A DNA stretch of 64,000 bases, from contig JAAILG010000682.1 of the NCBI GenBank assembly GCA_012026655.1, forward strand, positions 1 through 64,000, in the 5' to 3' direction. This DNA is from Hydrolagus affinis (Eukaryota). This document shows positions 54,043 to 64,000 of the stretch, piece by piece. The notes beneath the pieces were generated by a model, which searched no databases, had not been told where the DNA came from, and saw only the letters and a list, made by a program, of their open reading frames with translations. Numbering within the stretch: position 1 is the first letter of the stretch; every line of letters starts with the position of its first letter. The translations under genes and the position numbers were made by a program.

Positions 54043-57000
54043 TTACTTCGTTCCTGCCCTTTTGTACAAGGGTATTTGCTCAGTGGTTTTGCCTGATTTG
54101 AGGACACGTGCTGAACTTTTTGACCACTGTGTGATTATATGCATAGACCTCTAGGTAGATAAGAGGAAACTGGATCACATAGATATTTACTTTGGAACTT
54201 TTACATTTCTTGAATGAACTTTCATGAAGGATCTCACCTGTTCATTCATTTCATACATTGTTCCAGGCAGTTGGATGCTTTTCAAGTAACCACTGAATCG
54301 AAGGTGACTTCTCATCTGTGGACTCGCTATTGAAGGACTGGGATGAATTTCTCTCCCAAAACAGTCCAGTGGACACCAGTCTTGACTTAAATAAATGGTG
54401 AACAAAGGCAAAGAAGCCTTTTGAATGTCCACATTCTACTATGGGCGTTTGTGTAAACTGCAACTCACATTGTGCATTTATTTTGCTGAAATGAATAGGC
54501 AGTCTTGTGGATAACCACTTGAGGACTTCAGTCTATGATGACGTGTAAATGTACTAGAACTTCTGGTAGTGATTAGCAATGGTTCCCTCCACGAGCACAG
54601 CAGAAATTCCTTCCATCAAGAAATGTCTATGTGGCATTTGTAGAATGGAAGACCAACCCGTCAAGAACTTGGCTAAGAAGCTACCAATTTTCGGTTCCTT
54701 TAAATGCCGAAGAGAAATTACTGTAAAGGGCCACCAAAAGAGAACAAGGTAAATATAACTGGTTTTGGTGCACCATGGTAAGAACGGAATTTGGAATAAA
54801 GTTCTAATTGAAGTCGCCACAAGTATGATAATTTGAACGGTATGAGTGCTATGTGTTTTATCCACCCATTGCTAAATTCTCTTCTTGAAGGCAGTAATTC
54901 ACGCCACCACTTATTCATGTGTGAGCTTAAGAGAGTGAGCGTTGCCAGGTTATTCAGCTGTAAAAGGACTGATATGAATTCCCCAAAGGGAATAATAATA
55001 CAGTATATCAACCAGTCCGGATAATTGCCATTCATTGCTACCTGCTCATCCCTAGCCCAAGGGTGCTAAAGTGAATTGTAGTGCCCTTATATCAGCGTCC
55101 AAGATAGCGCACACTATACCTCCCAAGTCTGATTGAATCAAACAATTGCACCAGACAAGGCATTGCATTCAGCTGACTTGTAGAAGTGTTCAATTCATGC
55201 CATAAAAACAAAGAGCAATGTAATGTACATTTTAAAGTCTCGTAAACTGAAAGCCAAATTGAGTACGAAACCTTTATGTGTAAGTACCATTAGGAAAGAG
55301 TCCCAATCAGTTCCATTGTCCTCACAGTATGATTGAGTTTGATGGGCAGTGGCCCTGCTCTCTGTCTAAGGATGTAATTAATGTTGCTCTTCAAATAGCT
55401 GTGTGTCCCATTTTATATTCATGGCAATATTAAATGAGTCCCAGGCTATTTCTAGGATACCGTACCGCAACATCTCATACAAGCCATATACTCCCCACTT
55501 GCACCATGCTGTAACTTGGCAATGACTGTTCTGGGAATCTCATCAGTCCGAATCCATGCTACAGAAAGAACCTTTCAGTGAAAACATCGCTCTTCCTCCT
55601 GGTTGCAGAGAGAAATCACCATTCCTAATGTAATATATCTTCATTTCAGCATCTGGTTTGTAATATTATTGCATAATTGTAATCTTATATTTAATGTCCG
55701 ATAAATAAATGCTATGCGGTGTAAAATGTAATATGCAATGGGATAATTATCACTTGTGTTTATCCCCCCCAACCCATCACCCCCTCAAATTGTTTGACCA
55801 AAGCCTTAACATCCGCTATCGTATCACTACCCTCAGAATGTTTCCCCATGTACCTCACTCGCATTGAGTGGCAGGGGGTGGGGTTGAAACCCATTGGTAA
55901 AAATGTTGTTGCCTCAAAAAAAGAACATGATAATTATCACATCACATGTTGCATTTAACACCCCCCTAAAAAGTTTCATATACAATAAAAAATGCACCAA
56001 CTCCCATTTGTTTTCCACGGAGCCGCTCAACATACAAATCTCAGGTCAACCGTCAAGAGTTGTCATTGTGATCCAGTGCATTTTGTCGGCTCCACTGATG
56101 GTAGACTGTTTATTGTTTCGGAGATCGATCTTAAGTAGTTTGAGAATTGTAAACTGAATGAAGTGCAAATATGTATTTGAATCTTTTAGTCGCTAGAATT
56201 GTTTTTAGTTAGCTCAAATACCATTCTGAATTAGGAGCTAACAGAGCTGGGACTGTAGATCTATTGACAGGAGCATTGATTTTGACTTGAGAGTAAGATT
56301 TCCTGGAAGTTATAGCAAGGTAACCATTAACAAACATTGGGGCTGTGTGTAGAACAGTAACCAAACCTGCTCAACCAGCTCAATTATTTAGTTCAACAGT
56401 TTTTTCTCAAGATAAAATAGAGGCTGTAGGAGCTGGGAATATATAAATTTGGAGAACTTCCAGGCTTGTTTAAAACCAACTGAACCACAAGTAATATTGT
56501 ATGCCAAAGCGATCATTCAGTGGGAACTGTTTAACTGTGCCAGTTTCTGAAATGAATCGTGGATCCTCAACAGCACTGGAAATGAAAGCTGTACTGAAAG
56601 CCTGTTGCTCCCCACAGATATATTCTCTGAGGAGACCCAATAATGAATGTCATTCTGCCAGCGACTGGCCAGGAACTATTCAGTACAGGATTGTTCAACG
56701 CAACAGCAATTAGTTGCAAAAAAAAAATCCCCTCCTTTACAGGAGGGCCTCCAACTATGTTTTATTGGATTTTTCAGAAAAACTAATATTTAAAAAAAAA
56801 CATGATTAGTGCCTATTGTCGTGAAACAGTAGTGACTTGGATTTACGAGAGCCTGGAGATCGTATTGTAGTTGATAAAATTGTTTCTATGAAACAATATT
56901 CTGTAAAACCAGATTAATATGAAAGGGAAATAAAGATCTATTAATGTTTTGTGCTAAAATGAAATTGTGTTGAATCCTTCTTGATTGGTGAAATACAGTT

Positions 57001-58128
57001 AAGCCTTTTACCATGCTACGTTTACCAGTTAAATAAGTCGAGTTATTCAATTTGCTCTACATCAGAAATAACCAAACTACCAAAACAACCTCAGCATCAC
57101 AATCACTGGGAACACAAGAGTGACAATGAAATCAAAACATGGAAAATCCCACTGGACCTTGTGTCACTAAGATCGAATCAAGGGAAGGAACTTCAGCCTC
57201 TAATGAGCCCACATACAATGCAAAAACAAATTCCGACAGCCAAGTATATAAAGTTCAGCATCTGCTCTGGAAAATCACTGGAGGAATGTATTGTGTAACA
57301 GAGCTAACCTTTTGTGGACTTCTGCGTTTCCCTGCTGCGCCTAGTTTGACAACCTGTTCAAATTACTGTTAGGTATTAATAATGTATGGGATCGGTGATA
57401 TAGGAAAACAAAACATGTACTTTTTACAGAGCTGTATGTGTATTTTACTGAAGTCACATTTCAAACTTGCTATTGGAGTTCGTCATTGTTTTATATACAT
57501 TTTATAATATCACAAATATCAAGTCATTCAACACACCTATCCTCTGCCTTTGGTCAATTTCTCTGAGACGCTTCCTCACGTGAGGAGCACTACATAAATG
57601 CAAGTTGTTGTTATTTTATCAAGGGATTTACAGCTCTACAGACATTTCTGTTCCAGTGTGCATTGAAACACTGTTTAGACTTTAGGTCTTTTTGTTTAAA
57701 AAAAAAGCTGTTACTTATAAAGTTTAGCTGGGTTTTTCCTTTGCATTCCATATATCTGTTCCTAAGCAACTTTCTTCCGAAATGCTAATTTTAAACGAAT
57801 TACATCAATCTATTTTTTGTATTCCTGCTTGGACTTGATTAGATATACGCAAGACACCGTGATCTTCAGAATAAAATGTACAGCATATCTTAATTTAGTT
57901 CCAACTGGAATTTTTCTCAGCAGTCCCAACTTTTCTCTGAATTTTTTCTTTTGATGCGTTTAGGCATAGATTCAATGTTTTGCTGTTTTAATTTGTATTT
58001 TTTTTTAATTTGAATTTTTAGGTACATGTAACTTATGTCATTTATTTATGGTCTTGAGAATCTTTTGTACCTAGTTTGTACATTGTAAAATAATAGTTAC
58101 GGAAAGAATGCACAAAATGTGCATTGGA

Positions 58129-58134
58129 AATAAA
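58129..58134 (+). terminator. Candidate distal polyadenylation signal AATAAA
   Basis: AATAAA preceded by about 150 nt of U-rich sequence with several TGTA (CFIm-type) motifs. Confidence 0.6.
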
Positions 58135-58662
58135 GTAGTTACAGCACAATTCTTGGCTTGGGAAGTGACTGATAGACACTCTTAAAAACTGGAGAACTCT
58201 TGTGTAAGTATGAAAATGTACAAATATTCATTGTTTCAAACAACATCACATTGATAAATAAGCAGAGGAATAATAACAAGCAATAAAGATGTTCTATAGT
58301 TATAAAAAATAGTCGATACACTCTACAGTAAAGCCTGTGTAGCAATTTTCATACACCCACCCGGATGCAAAAGACTCCATTATCAGATGCAAGTGTCTTT
58401 TATTTTTTAGTTATGGAAATCGCTTTGAGTTACGCACTCGATGAGTTCTTCCCAACGCTCTTTGACCATTCCTTTGGATATCACCATTCCCATCTCAGAA
58501 AGGCTCCTTTGAAGTGACAAACAATCAGCATCATAGTTTAAGTTGTTTCTTCCCCATAAGGGAGAAGTAAACAATATTAATATTTTCTGAGATGGTAAAA
58601 CAACAACAAACAAAATTACACTTGCATAGCGCCTTTCAAGTCAGGTAGATGTATTCTAGATA

Positions 58663-59412
58663 CAGCAAAAGCCCATTTATCTGGCACCCGCGGGACCTGG
58701 CCAATGCCGGTTAAAGTGCCTGCCGGATATTCGGGCGGCCCGTGGCCAAAAACCCACTACAAAAAAATTAAAGGTCTTTTAACACCCACCGTACACACCA
58801 TACACACCAGATTAAGTAATAACAGATGATAACAGAATATTATATTGGTACTTATTGTTAAAACTACTCTCTTGCGCTTCTCATCTTTACTGATTGAGGT
58901 TTACAGTCCAGAGATTCTTTTTTAAACGGAGGATGCCAAGCGGGTGAAAAAAATGGCAGCGCAATTTTAAAGTTGCCCGACTTTACTAGCGACAAGCCTA
59001 TAGCCCTAGACTCTACTAACAGCTAACCGAAATACTGCACCTGCGCGACAATGTGGGTTATTGGTAAGCGTTATTGGCTTGCCGCTAGTATGACTTTAAA
59101 GTTGCGCTCCGTTTTTTTCACCCGCTTGGCGTGCTCCATTTTAAAAAGAATCGATGGACTATAAACCTCAACCACAGCATCATGGCTTCAAGCTCAGCAT
59201 CTACCAGCAAAGGTAAAAAGTGCAAGAGAGTAGTTTTAAAAATAAATACCACTACAATATTCTATTATTATCTGTTATTTTTTGTGCATTTACAAATGCT
59301 CCACTGCTATTGTTCCGAATAAGTTCCGGTTTATCGAATGGGGACTTTTTTTGGCGTGCCGGTTATTCGGACGTGCTGGTGCATCGAGTCACGGATAAAT
59401 GGGCTTCTACTG
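58663..59412. mobile_element. Tigger/pogo-like non-autonomous DNA transposon, about 750 bp
   Basis: TA flanks at 58661-62 and 59413-14. TIRs cagcaaaagcccatttatc and gataaatgggcttctactg. Subterminal gccggttat/ccggatat repeats. Confidence 0.8.
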
Positions 59413-59827
59413 TACATGGATAAATTGGGTAATTTAAATGGTTTCAAACCAGATCCATAGATATTTACAGCACAAAGAAGGCCATTGTTTTTTAAGAGCA
59501 GTGTTATAAGAGTGGACTGCAGCTTTAAAGGGAAATTTTAATTAAAATAAACCTTGCAAATGTGGAGTAAAAGGCAATTTACAGTTTTCTTAATCAAACA
59601 AGAAAATACAAGACCTACAGAGCTGGGTATTTGCTGATGTAATCCATCCAATAGAATAACATCTAATATCAATAATGTAGTTTAGTAAGCAGCACATTCT
59701 TTCCACAATATTGTTACATTCATCTTTATTAAGTGGCTATTGATGCGTGGAAAAGGTAATCAGCATTTTGTTATTCTAAGGTTAGACCATATTCATTGGT
59801 ATGTCATTAATGACATGGAGCACTGAA

Positions 59828-60149
59828 TTGCTCAGTGGTTAGAGCATTCACCTCACAAATGAGAAACCTGGGTACGATTTTCACAAGGCAAAATATTGGG
59901 CAAGTTTTCTTACTCCACACACAACCAAATTACATTTATAGAGTGCCTTCCATGGCAGGAGGACGTCCTGAGGCGCTCAACAGTCGGGGGTCGGGACCCA
60001 AGCATGGAGGAGGAGAAGGGGAAGGAGAAAGGTGGGAGAGTGATTGGCTGCCGCGTTTTGCCCACAAAATATACAGTATTCACTTTTCAATATATTCTTG
60101 TGAGGCGCTTTGAGATGTCTGGTAGACGTGAATGCAAGGATTGTTATTA
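59828..60149 (+). mobile_element. tRNA-headed Deu-tail SINE interrupted by an antisense L2-tail fragment
   Basis: Head gctcagtggttagagcattc...cctgggtacgatt, insert about 59925-60042, then attggctgccgcg...aatgcaaggattgttatt. Confidence 0.8.
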
Positions 60150-63100
60150 ACTCAGATAAAGAGAATTTAAAGTTGCGCTCCGTTTTTTTCAAAACACTGG
60201 GTAGATAATTCTACCAACATACACTTCACCACCCTTTCTGCCATTTCTGCAGTAATTGAATTCTGCCCGTGGCAAACACCATTTCACAAACAGCTCAAAC
60301 CCATGACAGATGTTAGGTTTCACTTGGCTTCAAAAGAGTAAAACCTTTCATTGTTATTCGAGGCCTTTGTTGTAAAGTCAAAAGGATCACAGCAACTGGA
60401 AATACATTTTAAGTAAATGGGACCTTTACTTGAGATGCAAAGCTTTCCTACCTGTTTGACTTTTAACTTTTTTTTCCCCTCCATTGAGCTTGCTTGGCAG
60501 CTTGTAGAAACCTAGGTGAAATAATAAATCAGTATTCAATACAGACTCCTTCAAAGGGAAGACAGTTCTTCATTTACTGATTCATTGGCCGAGCCACTAA
60601 CAGGATGAAGTATCGGGTGGAAAGGCTTGAAATCTTTCCCCACACGCAAAAGGTTTTCCATTACCACCACAGAGTGAATTTGTTCACTTTATAGGAGAGT
60701 TTGAAATGAACCGTAATCTGAGCACAATGGTGAGCTCAATGGTGTGTGTTTGTTCAGATCTGAGCACTTAGTCTCACATCATGTGTGAGCAGTCTCTAGT
60801 GTAACATAACCGCAATAAATACAGAACTTCCAATTCATTACAGCCTAATTTTACGCAGAATCAAGCTGAAGTGAAACCATTAACCGAAGAACTTTCCAAG
60901 TAATTTTCACTAAACTGAAATTAAAGGGAAACATGACATGATTGGATAATAACCCAGGCAGAGTACAACAATGATGTTAAGGTATATACTTTCCTGTTTA
61001 TTGGGTTTGCAATTAATCAGCCTTCATAAAAGGAAACAGGATCGTTTTACAAATAAATGTATGATAATTAGCAGCAGTCGGATCTGAATGGATAATCCAC
61101 ACATAACCCTGAAATTCTAATACTGAAACAGACACCAAACAAATCACACTAATGTGATAGTAAATATTCCAAAACAAGTTTCCTTGTGCCAACAATCCTC
61201 ATTTCATTTAAATTCAATTTTTTTTAAAAAGATATCCAAATTGGGCATGCTTCCACATCAGTCAGGTTAGACACGACTTCGTAGAGTATCAGATGATGCA
61301 TGTAAGGTAGTCATACTTTTCTTGGAAAAGGTTTGTGGCCTTCATGATGTTGTTATTCACATCTGTTGTCCATGACATTATAAATTGCTTGCCCTTAGGC
61401 AGGCTGTCAAGGAAAGGTTTTGAATGGAGGTAGGAGCTGGGGATTCTCCCAAGTGAGGGGGATCTCACCCAGGGGTGGGTAGAGAATGTTGGCAGAGGTT
61501 AAAGAGCAAGTTGCCCCGCTTATGGTCTTGGTCAGACACAGCACATGGCTTGGAGGGACCCAAGCAAATCCAATAACTTGGCTGTGAAGTTGCTTATAAA
61601 GAGCCAAGAGCAGACTGAATGTCAAACTGGGGAGCCTGATTGATGCAAACAAGGTAGCAGATCACTTAGCCACCAATCTGGTTATTCTGCATTCTTCACA
61701 GGGTAATAATTAAATGTTTATCAAAGAGTTAGTTCTCCCCAAAAAAGAGTAAGCAGGTATAAATTAAAGGATATTAATGATAATTTCTGGTAACCAATTT
61801 TTTTTTGCAAGGAGATGTTAATGGTAGTAGTCATTTTTAACAACAAAATTACATTTGTATAGCCTTTCACGTCAGGAGGACATCCTAATTAAAATCCTAA
61901 TGCACACAAGTTATAATTAGCTTGGTGTGACATTTCAGTAAAATAACCTTGAAATACAAGGTTACAGTCATATGGAGACATACCATATGTTTTTAACAGG
62001 AAAAAGGTTTCTGAGGTGCTCTTCCTGGTGCCACCATCTCCAAACACAACAGCTCCAAAGATTAAATGGTCTCAAGGGGTTGATCTATTTATGCCGCGTT
62101 ATATAAAATAACTGGCTTTTCAGGAGGGAACTGGAGATTGACACTCGCTCCAAACTATGCGACGGCTCCTGCCAAAAAGAAACATGTTTTGGGGCCATAG
62201 AGCGGCAGCAGCAGATGTGAATGCCAAGCCATGTTACCGGACTGATATGAACAAGGTAACAGGCCACTTAAATCACTGATCTGGGCAATTAATCTGCAGT
62301 CATCAAGGTAATGAATTAAGGCAAAGGGACAACTGACAGCGACTGTACACTCTGCAGTCAATGGGCTGTTTTACCTGCACTTGATTAATTAATTTATGCC
62401 TTGCCTCATAAAACCATTGTTTCCTCACTCACTCCTATCCAGCTCTGGAGAACAATGGGAGGGGAAAAAGTAGGCTTAGTCTCCTACATTAAATCGGTAC
62501 TCACATTTAGTTATTCATAGAGCAATACAAGACTATTTGAGAGGGTAGAAAGAAAGTGGAATGATGTGATCAGCGATTGCATTTACGAGAAGCCCTGTTA
62601 AGGTTCTGCGGGTAATCTCAATGTGGGTTGTAGTTCTGGAAAGGTTCAATCCTTCAGTTGTATGAATATATAGGGATGTTGGGTGAGAACATGGATGATA
62701 ACATGGTGACTACGCAGCTCACCCTACAGGTAACAGAAACCTGTTAAAATTCTCCAGATAAATGTAAAGAGCAACCACCAACATTTGCAGGCAGCATAGA
62801 TATATTGTAACTATGTACATCAGATAATTCATGGCAGCCTCTTGCTATCTTTTCTAGGAAATGAGATTTGAAAAAGTCCCAATGAAGTAACAACACATTG
62901 CATTTATATACATGGTGCCTTTCATATCAGGAGAACGTCCCAAAACGCTGGATAAATCCACTTTAGCATGACATTTAAAATGTCCTTGGTACATTTAATG
63001 TATGTCATATGTAAAAAGGGGTTCTTGATCAACCGGATTTTTTTAAAAGATAAAGTTTAGAATTAGAACTATAATGACTTCAGATGGAATGTGTCTTCTG

Positions 63101-63583
63101 TCAGAGGCAGCTGCCTACTTGCATTGGCACTTTACTGCATGTTTTTACTTGACTCCCAACTATATCCGGCACCAAGGTATTAATTAGAGGATTTTGCGGT
63201 CGCTCAAAATGGCACTGAGTAGTTCATTGTTTGCCAACTGTGGTCCTCCGATCCAATAAGTGAAAAATGATCTTATGTTTCAGCTATTTATTTGTTGAGA
63301 TATGTCCAGTGAGTCATCTAGAGCAATTGCAATTTAATACAGCAACATTTGTCATAACCCTGCAATTATAAGTTCTCTGAAGCTGTACCAAATCTATTTT
63401 AAAAAATGCTACCCTTCAACTCCCATGGCTTGTGGGGTTTAGAGTATTTTTCTGAAGTACAAGATCAGCCCAAGTCTTAAGTGTTCTCTATATAAAACTT
63501 TGGCGATATTGCCATTACAAGGAAAATGTGTTCTAAAACTGTGATACTGTAGTTCATTTTATTATGTCATTCAAAACACCTGC

Positions 63584-63890
63584 AATAATAATAATCCTTG
63601 CATTTGATATAACGCATTTCGCGTCTTCTAGATGTCTCAAAGCGCTTCACCGAATATACTGTAAAGTAAATTGACTGTATAGATGTGGGCGAAATGTGGC
63701 AGCCAATTGCGCACAGCAGTGTCCGACAAACAGTCGTGGATTGAAATGATCGATTTATTATTGTGTGTGTTTTTTTTTAGGGATTATTATTTGGCGTGTG
63801 GAGTAAGGAAACTTGCCCAAGGCTTTTTCGCCCTACTTGAAATGTAGCTTGTAAACCCAGCTTGTAAAGCGAATGCTCTAACCACAGTCT
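63584..63890 (-). mobile_element. Near-full-length tRNA-headed Deu-tail SINE
   Basis: Reverse strand reads gtggttagagcattcgc...ttgggcaagtttccttactccacacg...ctgtgcgcaattggctgc...aaatgcaaggattattatt. Confidence 0.85.
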
Positions 63891-64000
63891 GCAGGACTGT
63901 ATCACCTGGATCCGTAAACAATTGAATGCAAGCAGGAGTTAGATACTGCGGACTGGTCAATTAATCATATGCTAATGAATGCAGATACTTCTTGATTATT

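Larger units (their letters stand above)
53974..58150 (+). other. EPHA4: Probable EPHA4 3' UTR region (may include an intron at 54749-55608)
   Basis: Follows the stop codon. AU-rich, with several AATAAA hexamers. The distal end is inferred from U-rich/UGUA elements and AATAAA at 58129. Confidence 0.6.

Noticed and set aside
58139-58345. Convergent minus-strand gene or 3' UTR
   Set aside because: Only compositional resemblance; no coding exon or splice structure found on the minus strand.
59828-59885. tRNA gene
   Set aside because: A/B-box-like head of a SINE; no cloverleaf and a degenerate B box.

Overview
Vertebrate genomic DNA, AT-rich. Its repeat content (DeuSINE/SacSINE1-like SINEs, CR1, L2, AmnSINE2-like and Penelope-type remnants) suggests a cartilaginous fish, possibly a chimaera; this is inference. 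The window carries most of an EPHA4 receptor tyrosine kinase gene on the + strand: coding exons 3-17 (2629-53973), which splice in frame to 2808 nt, i.e. 935 aa plus stop, ending in the EphA4 PDZ-binding motif MVPV. Exons 1-2 appear to lie upstream of the window. A long 3' UTR probably ends near an AATAAA at 58129. The rest is intronic or intergenic DNA with a 5'-truncated CR1 LINE, many SINE/L2-tail copies, Tigger/pogo-like MITEs and microsatellites. I found no convincing novel multi-gene system. The best leads are a GC-AG intron 15, a pri-miRNA-like hairpin in intron 3, two exact short templated copies 1-1.5 kb from their donors, a decayed Penelope-type hammerhead ribozyme, a MITE with a long internal hairpin, a probable 3'-UTR intron, and inverted SINE pairs around frame-symmetric exons. 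Human comparisons are from memory and were not computed. Repeat boundaries are approximate.
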